Assembly (NCBI GenBank): GCA_963742735.1
Contig: CAVUMN010000003.1
Coordinates: 576,001 to 640,000 of the forward strand
DNA length: 64,000 nucleotides
Reading direction: 5' to 3'
DNA from: an uncultured Actinomycetes bacterium
GTDB lineage: Bacteria > Actinomycetota > UBA4738 > JBBDTT01
The position numbers were made by a program, and so were the translations under genes. This document shows, one piece after another, positions 9,311 to 20,515 of the stretch (positions within the stretch are counted from its first letter, which is position 1; each line of letters begins with the position of its first letter). The notes under the pieces are model-generated. The model was not told the DNA's origin. It searched no databases and was given only the letters and a program-made list of their open reading frames with translations.

Positions 9311-10849
9311 GTGTACGGACGGGCGGTCGGCGTGGCGGTCGTGGGGATCGAGGGTCACCTCATCCAGGTCGAGGCCCACGTCGGGCGAGGGCTCCCCTCT
9401 CTCGCCCTGACGGGATTACCCGGGGCCTCCGTCCAGGACGCCCGCGACCGGGTACGGCCGGCGGTCGAGAACGCCGGGCTCGAATGGCCCCTGCGCCGGG
9501 TGACGGTGAATCTCAGCCCGGCCGAGCTGCGCAAGGACGGGCCGGGGTTCGACCTGCCGATCGCGATGGCCGTCCTGGCGGCGAGCGGGCAGGTCAAAGG
9601 AGGCGGGCTGGCCCGCTACGGTTTCTTCGGCGAGCTCTCCCTGACCGGCGCCCTCGTGCGGACGCCCGGCGTGCTGGCCGTCGCGGTCGCGGCTGCGCGA
9701 GACGGGCTGGACGGCGTGGTGGTGCCCGAGGCGAACGCGGTCGAGGCGTCGCTCGTGGAGGGGCTCCAGGTCGTGGGCGCGCCCTCGATCGCGCGAGTAG
9801 TGGAGTTCCTGAAGGGGCAGTGGAGGCCCGAGCGGCCCGGCGAGCACCCTCCGCCGCCGGTGGTGGACGACGTGGACCTGGCCGAGGTGCGGGGGCAGAC
9901 CGTGGCCCGCCGCGCGCTGGAGGTCGCCGCGGCCGGAGCCCACAACCTGCTCATGGTCGGGCCCCCCGGGTCGGGCAAGACCATGCTCGCGCGCCGGCTC
10001 GCCACGATTCTGCCCGGCATGACCCGCGACGAGGCGCTGGAGGTCACGCGCCTGCAGTCCGTCGCCGGCCTCCTTCCTCCCGGCGGCGGGCTCGTCCACG
10101 CCAGGCCGTTCCGAAATCCGCATCACACGATCTCGGCGGCGGGACTGCTCGGCAGCGGCAGCGGGGCCTTTCGCCCCGGCGAGGTCTCCCTCGCCAGTCA
10201 CGGGGTGCTGTTCCTCGACGAGGTGACCGAGCTCCGCCGCGATGCCCTCGAGGGGCTCCGCCAGCCGCTCGAGGAGGGGCGGGTGGTGATCACGCGGGCC
10301 GCGGGGACCGTGGTGTTCCCGGCCCGCTTCGCGCTCGTCGCCGCGGCGAACCCGTGTCCGTGCGGGTTCGCGGGCGACCCCCGGCGCACCTGTGAGTGCC
10401 CGCCGCACCGGGTGCTGGCGTACCGACTGAAGCTCTCCGGCCCGCTGCTCGACCGGGTCGACCTGCGGCTGGACGTGCCCAGGCTGTCCAAGGCCGAGCT
10501 CCTCGGACGGGAGGCGGGTGAGCCCTCCTCGGCCGTGCGAGCCCGGGTCGAGGAGGCGCGAGCGCGCCAGCGCCGGCGGTTCGAGGGAACCCGCATCCGG
10601 TCGAACGCCGAGATGCCGGGGGCGCTTGCCCGCGCCGAGGTCCGGCTGAGCGACGATGCGGCGGCCCTGCTGTCGCGGGCGGTCGATGCGCTGGCCCTGT
10701 CCGGACGCGGGTTCGATCGAGCGCTCCGGGTGGCCCGCACGGTCGCCGACCTCGACGGGCGCGACACGGTCGACGCCGGCAACGTCGCCGAGGCGCTCTC
10801 GTACCGCGCCGACGAGCGTGTAGTGGCGGAGATCGCCGGTGCCGGCTGA
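9311..10849 (+). CDS. comM: ComM/YifB Mg-chelatase-like AAA+ ATPase (helicase)
   Basis: NLSPAELRKDGPGFDLPIA, GPPGSGKT, PFRNPHHT, GVLFLDE, ANPCPCG and SGPLLDRVDL. Confidence 0.95.
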   Translation: MYGRAVGVAVVGIEGHLIQVEAHVGRGLPSLALTGLPGASVQDARDRVRPAVENAGLEWPLRRVTVNLSPAELRKDGPGFDLPIAMAVLAASGQVKGGGLARYGFFGELSLTGALVRTPGVLAVAVAAARDGLDGVVVPEANAVEASLVEGLQVVGAPSIARVVEFLKGQWRPERPGEHPPPPVVDDVDLAEVRGQTVARRALEVAAAGAHNLLMVGPPGSGKTMLARRLATILPGMTRDEALEVTRLQSVAGLLPPGGGLVHARPFRNPHHTISAAGLLGSGSGAFRPGEVSLASHGVLFLDEVTELRRDALEGLRQPLEEGRVVITRAAGTVVFPARFALVAAANPCPCGFAGDPRRTCECPPHRVLAYRLKLSGPLLDRVDLRLDVPRLSKAELLGREAGEPSSAVRARVEEARARQRRRFEGTRIRSNAEMPGALARAEVRLSDDAAALLSRAVDALALSGRGFDRALRVARTVADLDGRDTVDAGNVAEALSYRADERVVAEIAGAG

Positions 10850-11969
10850 GACCGCGGTCGTCACCCGCTGGCCCGACGGCTTCGCGGACACCGAGGCCGA
10901 CCGGCGGGCGGCCCTGGTCCTGTCCCATCTCCGAGGTATCTCCCCGCGGCGGATGACCGCGCTGGCCTCCGCCGAAGGGGGCGCCACCGCGATGCTCGCG
11001 GCGATCCGCCGCGGGGCCGCCGGCAGCGCAGGCGACCGCACGTTCCTGGCCTCGGCCGATCTCGCGAGCATGGAGGCCGTCGTCGCCGCGTGCGGAGCCC
11101 GGTTCGCCGTGGCCGGAGGCGCCGAGTACCCGAGGGGGCTCCTCGACCTCGACGACCCACCGATCGGGGTGTTCCTGCGGGGCCGAACGCTCGAGCACGA
11201 CCGGCCGGCGGTGGCGATCGTCGGAGCCCGCAACTGCACCCCCTACGGATCGGAGGTCGCCACCGCGCTCGGGGCGGGGCTCGCCGCGGCGGGGGTGGTC
11301 GTGGTGAGCGGCGCGGCCCGGGGGATCGACGCGGCGTCTCATGGGGGCGCACTTCGAGCCGAGGGGCGGACGGTCGCCGTGCTCGGCTGCGGCGTCGACA
11401 TCGCGTACCCGGCCAGCAGCCGCCGGCTTCTGGAGCGCATCGGCGAGGCCGGGACGATCCTCAGCGAGTATCCGCCCGGCACACGTGCCGAGCCGTTCCG
11501 CTTCCCGGCCCGGAACCGGATCGTGGCGGCGATGTCCCGGGCCGTCGTGGTCGTCGAGGGTGCGTCCGGGAGCGGCTCGAACATCACGGTCGACCATGCC
11601 CACGACAGCGGGCGCGACGTGTTCGCCGTCCCGGGGCCGGTGACCGGGCCGCTGTCCGCGGTGCCCAACGAGCTGATCCGGACGGGGGCATCCCTGGTCC
11701 GGGACGCCGCCGACGTGCTGTCCGAGCTCGGCCTGGGCGAGGGATCGGGGCCGGTGGCGCCTCCCGATCTGCCCGAGGACCTGGCCCGCGTGCTGGGAAC
11801 GCTCGGCGGCCCGCCCGAGGGGCCGGAGAGCATCGCCGACCGCCTCGCCGCCGGCCTGGGCGAGGTGCTGTCCGCGTTGCTGGATCTGGAGATGCGGGGC
11901 CTCGTCCGCCGGGTGGGCGGCCGCTTCGAGCGGACGCTGCTCGCCGGCCGTTCCCGGGTGGCAGACTGA
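10839..11969 (+). CDS. dprA: DNA processing protein DprA
   Basis: VAIVGARNCTPYG, VSGAARGID, SEYPPG, FPARNRIVAA, VFAVPG and a C-terminal wHTH. Confidence 0.96.
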   Translation: MPAETAVVTRWPDGFADTEADRRAALVLSHLRGISPRRMTALASAEGGATAMLAAIRRGAAGSAGDRTFLASADLASMEAVVAACGARFAVAGGAEYPRGLLDLDDPPIGVFLRGRTLEHDRPAVAIVGARNCTPYGSEVATALGAGLAAAGVVVVSGAARGIDAASHGGALRAEGRTVAVLGCGVDIAYPASSRRLLERIGEAGTILSEYPPGTRAEPFRFPARNRIVAAMSRAVVVVEGASGSGSNITVDHAHDSGRDVFAVPGPVTGPLSAVPNELIRTGASLVRDAADVLSELGLGEGSGPVAPPDLPEDLARVLGTLGGPPEGPESIADRLAAGLGEVLSALLDLEMRGLVRRVGGRFERTLLAGRSRVAD

Positions 11970-11973
11970 GGGG

Positions 11974-12456
11974 GTGGAGCCGGAGGCCGAGCTGCTCGAC
12001 CTGCCGAAGGAGTACGGGACGCCGAAGACCGTGCTGTCGTGGTCGGTCGTCCGCGAGAAGCTCGAGGCGGCCCCCGTGTACTGGCTCGCGACCACCCGTC
12101 CCGACGGGCGCCCCCACGTCGTGCCCCGCGACGGGATCTGGGTGGACGACGCCCTCTTCTACGGTGGCGCGCAAGAGACGGTTCATCACCGGAACGTGCA
12201 GGCGAACCCGAACGTGGTCGTCACGATCGGGGAGGGTCTCGAGGCGGTGATCATCGAGGGGGAGGTCCCTACCGAACCCCGGATCGAGCCCGAGCTGGCG
12301 CTGCGCCTGGCCGCGGCGCAGAACGCCAAATACCCCCAGTACGGCAAGGCGTCGCCCGACCAGTTCCGGGGCCCGGGCGCGCTGGTCGTTCGGCCCCGGC
12401 GCGTCATCGCGTGGACCGAGTACCCGGCGAACGCCACGCGCTTCCACTTCCGGTAG
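11974..12456 (+). CDS. Pyridoxamine 5'-phosphate oxidase-like (split-barrel flavin/F420-binding) protein
   Basis: YWLATTRPDGRPHVVP, RNVQANPNVVV, VIIEG and NATRFHF. Confidence 0.85.
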   Translation: MEPEAELLDLPKEYGTPKTVLSWSVVREKLEAAPVYWLATTRPDGRPHVVPRDGIWVDDALFYGGAQETVHHRNVQANPNVVVTIGEGLEAVIIEGEVPTEPRIEPELALRLAAAQNAKYPQYGKASPDQFRGPGALVVRPRRVIAWTEYPANATRFHFR

Positions 12457-12481
12457 GTCTCCTCGTGCTACAAGGGAGGCG

Positions 12482-13438
12482 ATGCCACCTTCCCCCGAAG
12501 TGCGACAACCGACACCGGCCGAGTCCGATCCGGACCTGGCCGACCGGCCGAGCCCCCGTGACGCCGCGCTGATCGGCGCGTTCCTGGATCACCTGGAGCA
12601 CGGCCGGCGCCTGTCGCCCAACACGATCGCCGCCTATCGCGTGGACCTGGAAGGTCTGGGGACGTTCCTGGCCCGCTACGGGGCCGGGCTGCTCGAGGCG
12701 GATCACCCGACGCTGAGACGGTGGCTCGCCCACCTGAGCACCCGCGGATACGCCCGGACCTCGATCGCGCGCAAGGCCGCGGCCGTCCGGTCGCTCTACA
12801 AGCACCTTCGCCGAGGGGGCGGCCTCGCGGTGGACCCGTCGGAGATGCTCTCGGCGCCGAAGGCTCCCTCCCGGCTGCCCGTGATCCTCAAGCCGGCCGA
12901 GGCCGCCGCCCTGGTCGAGTCGCCCTCGGGAGAGGATCCCTGGTCCCGGCGCGACCGCGCGCTGCTCGAGCTGATGTACGGCTCTGGCCTGCGCGTCGGG
13001 GAGGTCTCCGGGCTCGACATCGCCGACGTCGACCTTCGACGGATGCGGGTTCGCGTCCTCGGGAAGGGATCGAAGGAGCGCGACGTTCCACTTGGTGACC
13101 TCTCCGTGGAGGCGATCGAGCGCTGGCTCGACACACGGGGGACGGTCGCGAACGACCAGGAGCCGGCCTTGTTCGTGAATCGTCGTGGACGGCGGGCGAC
13201 CCCTCGCGACATGCGCGCCGCGGTGGAACAATATCGACGCGTCTCACTCGAGGCCCGGCGGGTGAGCCCGCACGCGCTGAGGCACGCCTACGCAACGCAC
13301 CTGCTGGAGGGAGGCGCCGACATCAGAGCGGTCCAGGAGCTCCTGGGCCACGCGAGCCTGGCCACCACGCAGCGCTACACCCACGTCTCACGCGGCCGGT
13401 TGTTCGCCGCGTACCGCCAGGGACACCCCCGCGCCTGA
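12482..13438 (+). CDS. xerC: Tyrosine recombinase XerC
   Basis: [39 protein letters not shown] and [13 protein letters not shown]; housekeeping position after dprA. Confidence 0.92.
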   Translation: MPPSPEVRQPTPAESDPDLADRPSPRDAALIGAFLDHLEHGRRLSPNTIAAYRVDLEGLGTFLARYGAGLLEADHPTLRRWLAHLSTRGYARTSIARKAAAVRSLYKHLRRGGGLAVDPSEMLSAPKAPSRLPVILKPAEAAALVESPSGEDPWSRRDRALLELMYGSGLRVGEVSGLDIADVDLRRMRVRVLGKGSKERDVPLGDLSVEAIERWLDTRGTVANDQEPALFVNRRGRRATPRDMRAAVEQYRRVSLEARRVSPHALRHAYATHLLEGGADIRAVQELLGHASLATTQRYTHVSRGRLFAAYRQGHPRA

Positions 13439-14232
13439 TGGCCAGCGAAGCGCCCCCCTTCGACGCCCCCGCCTCCGTCCTCGACCGCCTGTGGCAGGAC
13501 TTCAAGGCGAGCGCCTCCCCCAAGGCCCGAGAACAGCTGATCCTGCACTACTCGCCGCTGGTGAAGTACGTGGCCAGCCGTCTCGCCAGCGGGCTGCCCG
13601 CCAACGTCGAGCAGGGCGACCTGGTCTCCTACGGCATCTTCGGGCTCATCGACGCGCTGGAGAAGTTCGACATGGGCCGGGCCATCAAGTTCGAGACCTA
13701 CGCCGTTCCCCGGATCCGGGGGGCGATCATCGACGGGATGCGGGCCAACGACTGGGTTCCGCGCTCGGTTCGATCGAAGGCTCGCGAGGTGGACAAGGCG
13801 ATCACCGGGCTGGAGTCCTCGCTGGGGCGGACCCCCACGGACGAGGAGGTGGCGGGCCGGATGGGCCTGAGCCAGGGGGAGCTCCGCGACACCATGAATC
13901 AGATCTCGTTCGTGTCCGTCATGGCCCTCGACGAGCTCCTGCACACCAGCGAGGGCGAGGGGATGTCGCTGCTCGAGACGCTGCCGGATCGCAGCGCGCT
14001 CGACGCCAGCGGGCCGATGGAGAGCCAGGAGGGCCGGGCCATGCTCGCCCAGGCGATCAACGCGCTCGCGGAGCGGGAGAAGATCGTGGTCACCCTCTAC
14101 TACTTCGAGGGCCTGACCCTGAACGAGATCGGCGGTGTGCTCGGGGTCACCGAGTCTCGGGTCTGCCAGATCCACACCAAGGCGGTCGGCTCGCTCCGGG
14201 GCTTGCTCGCGGACGATCCCGACGAGGACTGA
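13438..14232 (+). CDS. whiG: FliA/WhiG-family sigma factor
   Basis: [52 protein letters not shown] and [15 protein letters not shown]; TGATG coupling with xerC. Confidence 0.9.
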   Translation: MASEAPPFDAPASVLDRLWQDFKASASPKAREQLILHYSPLVKYVASRLASGLPANVEQGDLVSYGIFGLIDALEKFDMGRAIKFETYAVPRIRGAIIDGMRANDWVPRSVRSKAREVDKAITGLESSLGRTPTDEEVAGRMGLSQGELRDTMNQISFVSVMALDELLHTSEGEGMSLLETLPDRSALDASGPMESQEGRAMLAQAINALAEREKIVVTLYYFEGLTLNEIGGVLGVTESRVCQIHTKAVGSLRGLLADDPDED

Positions 14233-14250
14233 GCCCTCGACGACCGGCCG

Positions 14251-14272
14251 TGTCACTGGGTCGTGCCAGACT
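14251..14272 (+). promoter_or_regulatory. Variant RecA-NDp-like motif TGTCACTG-N8-CAGACT before the M23 peptidase
   Basis: Same 8-nt spacing as the other copies, with deviations in both boxes. Confidence 0.45.
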
Positions 14273-14301
14273 GCGGTCACCTCCGGGGTGCGAGGGATCC
14301 G

Positions 14302-14967
14302 ATGCCCGCACCCGAGATTCGAAGATCGCTCCGGGCGGCGCCGGCGACCCTGCTCGTGGCGACGCTGGCGCTCGCCGTGACGGTGCCGGCCGCGGTTCGG
14401 GCGGCGCCGAGCGAGCCCGAGCCGTACGCCTGGCCCGTCGCGGGGCCGGTGCTGCGGGGCTTCGAGCCACCCGACTCGCCCTACGGCGCTGGCCACCGGG
14501 GGATCGACATCGGCGCGCCGCTGGGCACGCCGGTCCACGCGAGCGCGTCCGGCACGGTTGCCTTCGCCGGGTGGGTCGCCGGTTCCCGGTTCGTGTCGAT
14601 CGATCACCCCGACGGGATCCGGACCACGTACTCGTTCCTGTCGGCGATCTCGGTCGCGCGGGGTGAGGCCGTCGGGCGAGGCGGGCTGATCGGCGCGACC
14701 GGTCACGGCCACTCGGGAGTCGACCGGCCGCACCTGCACTTCGGAGCTCGTCGCGGCGAGACGTATCTGGATCCCTTGGTCCTGCTCGGAGCGGCCGCGC
14801 CCCGAGTCCACCTCGCGCCGATCGCGGGGACGTCCTCCGGTGAACCGGCCGCCGACCCCTGGGGATCGATCACGGGGCTGGGGGAGGCCGCGCCGCGGCC
14901 GCACTGGCTCTGGTCCCGCGCCGAGCCGAAGCCGCTGGTGCTGCCGGGCCGGGCATCGTCCGGCTGA
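14302..14967 (+). CDS. Secreted M23 family peptidase
   Basis: Signal-like hydrophobic N-terminus, YGAGHRGIDI (HxxxD) and HLHFG (HxH). ATG 14302 follows GAGGG. Confidence 0.9.
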   Translation: MPAPEIRRSLRAAPATLLVATLALAVTVPAAVRAAPSEPEPYAWPVAGPVLRGFEPPDSPYGAGHRGIDIGAPLGTPVHASASGTVAFAGWVAGSRFVSIDHPDGIRTTYSFLSAISVARGEAVGRGGLIGATGHGHSGVDRPHLHFGARRGETYLDPLVLLGAAAPRVHLAPIAGTSSGEPAADPWGSITGLGEAAPRPHWLWSRAEPKPLVLPGRASSG

Positions 14968-15012
14968 GGTTCGCCCGCCCGACGAACGGCCCGCCCCGTA
15001 GGATGACGGCTC

Positions 15013-16353
15013 GTGCGCAGATCGCTCGCCGCCCTCGCGGGGCTCGTCGCCTCGCTCGCCCTCGCCGCTCCCGGCCTCGCCGCGGAGACGGCCACGTGGC
15101 CGATGGTCCAGGGCGGGCCCGCGCATCTCGGCGTGGCCGAGGACGCGCCGGCGCCTCCGTACCGTGAGGCGTGGCGAGTGGAGGCCGGCCGATCGGGTCA
15201 CCGCGGCGCCGCGGGCTCGGTGGTCGTGGGGGATCTGGCGATCGCATTGGGTCGCGATGAGGTCCTGGCGGTGGACGCGGCGACCGGGGAGGTGCAGTGG
15301 AGCGTCGCCCGCGCCCCCAACGTGCCGGTGACCCCGGCCGTCTCCGCCGACGGCACGACGCTCGTCTACCCGGAGGGGACGGACGACGCGGCCGCGGTCA
15401 TCGGTCTGGACCTGGAAACCCACTCGGTCCGCTGGCGGTTCCGTCCGGACCAGGAAGTCCGGTCCCCGCCGGCCGTCCAGGGCCAGCTCGCCTTCATCGC
15501 GACCCGGTCGGGGACGGTGTACGCGCTGGAGGCCGCAACCGGCGCCGAGCGCTGGGAGTTCAACGGGGAGGGCACGATCCGGAGCCCGCTGGCGGTGGCG
15601 GGCGGTCGGGTGTTCGCGGTCGCGGAGGACACGGATGACGTGAAGACCACCGTCTACGCGCTCGCGGCCGAGGACGGGACGGAGGTCTGGCGCGTGGCGC
15701 CGCCCGGCGTCGCGGTGGTCGCGTCGGGGCCGGCGGTGGCGGACGGCCGGCTCTACGTCGGCTTCGGCGACGGGGGCGTGCGGGCCCTCGACGTGGAGGA
15801 CGGCGACGTGCTGTGGTCCCGGCAGGTGGCGATCCGGCAGGGGTTCTGGCCCGGGTCGATCCCGGCGATCGCGGACGGCGACGTGATCGTCACGTCGCCG
15901 GGCGGCTCGGTCAGCCGACTCGACGGGGAGACCGGCGAGCGGGTATGGCGGTTCCGGTTCCCCTCGGGGTTCCTGAAGGCGCTGCCACTGATCGTCGGGG
16001 ACGCGATCGTCGTCGGGCGTCACGACAGCGTGCTGGCCGCCCTCGATCTCGGCTCGGGCCGGCTCATCTGGGAGCTCGACCTGGACGACGGGCCCATCGG
16101 CGGGATCGCTCCGGCGGGCGACCAGCTCATCGCCTCGTTGCCCGAGGGCGGCGGCGGCCTGGTCGCCCTGGAGCATGATCCCGATGGCGAGCTGACCTCG
16201 ATCGAATCCCCGACCGAGTTGCACCCGACCACCGCCGTCGTGAACTACCTGATCGCGTTCGCGGCGCTCACCGCGGGGTTCGCGCTCGCGTTCCGGCTGG
16301 CGCCGGCGCGCGCCCGCCCGGCCTCGACCGATCCCCCCGGAGGCCTTCGATGA
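15013..16353 (+). CDS. Exported PQQ-like (BamB-type) beta-propeller protein with C-terminal TM anchor
   Basis: Signal peptide, WPMVQGGPAHLG, repeated AxDxxTGxxxW blades and a C-terminal hydrophobic helix. Confidence 0.85.
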   Translation: MRRSLAALAGLVASLALAAPGLAAETATWPMVQGGPAHLGVAEDAPAPPYREAWRVEAGRSGHRGAAGSVVVGDLAIALGRDEVLAVDAATGEVQWSVARAPNVPVTPAVSADGTTLVYPEGTDDAAAVIGLDLETHSVRWRFRPDQEVRSPPAVQGQLAFIATRSGTVYALEAATGAERWEFNGEGTIRSPLAVAGGRVFAVAEDTDDVKTTVYALAAEDGTEVWRVAPPGVAVVASGPAVADGRLYVGFGDGGVRALDVEDGDVLWSRQVAIRQGFWPGSIPAIADGDVIVTSPGGSVSRLDGETGERVWRFRFPSGFLKALPLIVGDAIVVGRHDSVLAALDLGSGRLIWELDLDDGPIGGIAPAGDQLIASLPEGGGGLVALEHDPDGELTSIESPTELHPTTAVVNYLIAFAALTAGFALAFRLAPARARPASTDPPGGLR

Positions 16354-17423
16354 CGAACCGGAAGAAGAAGCGACGCCGTAAGCCCGCCGCGAGCGGTGGA
16401 GGCAACGGAACGCGAGGCCCGGCCGAGCGTCAGGCGGCCGCGGAGCCGTCCCGTTCGGGCCGGGGGTCGGGGGCCGCCAAGGACCCGGCGCCCGACGAGA
16501 CCCCCGGGGAGGAGGTCCGCCCGCGCGCCCGCGGCCTGTTCGGCGCCTCCACCCGTATGCGGGAGCCCTCGCCGTTCCCCAGCTTCCGTGAGTCGATGGC
16601 GAAGGGCGTCGTGGAGACCGCCCGACGCACCCCCGCCCTGGTCGTGGGGTTCCTCGCGCTGTTCGCCGTCTGGTCCACGTTCGTGCTCAGCGGCGCGGGT
16701 GACCTGATGACGTCGAAGTCGCTGGCCACGGCGCTCGCGCTGCCCCCGCTCTACCTGCTGTTCAGCGACGGCGTGCTCGCCTTCTACCCCGTCGTCGCGG
16801 GATCCGCCGTGGCGGGGCTCGGGGTGGCGATCGGTCTGACGATCTTCCGGGTGCTGCTCCTGGGAGCGATCGCGGCCATCCTGGCGCCGCGCCTCGGGGC
16901 GCCGGACCTCGATCGGCGGCGCGCCTTCGTGAAGGCGATCCCGCACCTGACCTTGATCGCGCTCGCGGTGTTCGGCGTGGGGGCCGCCATCCCGTACGTT
17001 GCCGGGGGGCTGCTCCCCGGGAACTTCGGGGGCATCCTGTTCCTGGCCGGACCACTGCTCGGCCTGCACTTCCTCACGTTCGCGCCGATCGCGGCGGTCG
17101 TCGACGGAGCGAACTTCCGCGACGCCATGCGCCGCAGCGGCCGCGCCGCCCGGTTGCCGGGGGGAAGCCACCTGGCGTTGAGCTTCGGCTACTTCGCCTT
17201 CGCGCTGTTCCTGATCTCGATCGTTCCCGGCCGGGTGGTCGATCCGGCGACGCCCTCGGTCCTCACGTGGACCGTGGCCCTCGTGGCCACGTTCCTGCAC
17301 CTGAGCACGTTCGCCGCGTTCGTGTACCGCTGGCTCGCCGTTCGGGACCTGAAGGCGCTCGATCAGCCGGTCCGGCGGGGCCCGGCGCGCGACGTTCCTG
17401 CCCGAGGTCGGACCCGCGGCTGA
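16350..17423 (+). CDS. Hypothetical polytopic membrane protein with basic N-terminus
   Basis: ATGA coupling to the upstream gene; RKKKRRRK N-terminus; about 7-8 hydrophobic segments. Confidence 0.8.
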   Translation: MTNRKKKRRRKPAASGGGNGTRGPAERQAAAEPSRSGRGSGAAKDPAPDETPGEEVRPRARGLFGASTRMREPSPFPSFRESMAKGVVETARRTPALVVGFLALFAVWSTFVLSGAGDLMTSKSLATALALPPLYLLFSDGVLAFYPVVAGSAVAGLGVAIGLTIFRVLLLGAIAAILAPRLGAPDLDRRRAFVKAIPHLTLIALAVFGVGAAIPYVAGGLLPGNFGGILFLAGPLLGLHFLTFAPIAAVVDGANFRDAMRRSGRAARLPGGSHLALSFGYFAFALFLISIVPGRVVDPATPSVLTWTVALVATFLHLSTFAAFVYRWLAVRDLKALDQPVRRGPARDVPARGRTRG

Positions 17424-17440
17424 GCCGCTAGACTCATCGG

Positions 17441-17561
17441 TCGGCGTCCGTGACGGACGTACAACACACGCTCGGGGACTCGAACCCGCGGTCCCGGCAT
17501 CACGCCGGGTCGGGTAGGGGCCGATCCGAGCGGAGGATCGAAAACCGAAAGGAGAATCACC
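17441..17561 (+). promoter_or_regulatory. Structured rpsB 5' leader (t44-like autoregulatory element)
   Basis: TAGACT -10 at 17429-17434. Hairpin CGTCCG/CGGACG, then ACACA-CGCTCGG...CCGAGCG-GAGG enclosing GGGAC/GTCCC and CCGGC/GCCGG stems. Confidence 0.65.
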
Positions 17562-19890
<2,329 letters not shown>

Positions 19891-19903
19891 ACGGACGAGC
19901 GCG

Positions 19904-20461
19904 ATGATCGACGACACGCTCAAGGACGCCGAGCACAAGATGCGCGGCGCGGTGACGGTCGCCCAGGAGGAGTTCGGGGGTGTGCGCACCGGCCGCGCGA
20001 CGCCCAAGATCCTCGACCGGCTGACCGTCGACTACTACGGCACGCAGACCCCGATGAACCAGCTCGCGTCGTTCTCGGTGCCCGAGCCCCGGCTGCTCGT
20101 CATCCAGCCGTTCGACCGTAACGCCATGACGGCCATGGAGAAGGCCATCATGTCCTCGGACCTCGGCCTCACACCCTCCAACGACGGCTCGGTCATCCGC
20201 CTGGCGTTTCCCCAGCTGACCGAGGAGCGTCGCAAGGAGCTGATCAAGCTCGTGCATCATCGGGCGGAGGAGGGACGGGTCGCCGTCCGCAACGTGCGAC
20301 GGCACCACAAGGAGGAGCTCGAAAGGCTTGAGAAGGCCGGCGATATCTCTGAAGATGACCTCAGACGCGCCGAAAAGGAGCTCCAGAAGCTGACGGACCG
20401 TTTCGTCGCGGAGATCGACGAGATCCTGAAGCACAAGGAGAAAGAGCTCTCGGAGGTCTGA
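19904..20461 (+). CDS. frr: Ribosome recycling factor
   Basis: RTGRATP, VDYYG, PQLTEERRKEL and RVAVRNVRR. Confidence 0.98.
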   Translation: MIDDTLKDAEHKMRGAVTVAQEEFGGVRTGRATPKILDRLTVDYYGTQTPMNQLASFSVPEPRLLVIQPFDRNAMTAMEKAIMSSDLGLTPSNDGSVIRLAFPQLTEERRKELIKLVHHRAEEGRVAVRNVRRHHKEELERLEKAGDISEDDLRRAEKELQKLTDRFVAEIDEILKHKEKELSEV

Positions 20462-20515
20462 TCTGCCCGCGGGCCGGACGACGGCCCGGAGACTCCGCGA
20501 GCCGGAGAGAGGCCA

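Noticed and set aside
12482-13438. Tyrosine recombinase as a sign of a prophage or integrative element
   Set aside because: XerC-type sequence in its conserved dprA-adjacent position, with no att sites, phage genes or cargo.
17470-17500. GGGTTCGAGTCCC on the minus strand, resembling a tRNA T-arm
   Set aside because: Only 3 bp of T-stem and no acceptor, D or anticodon arms. Better explained by the plus-strand rpsB leader.
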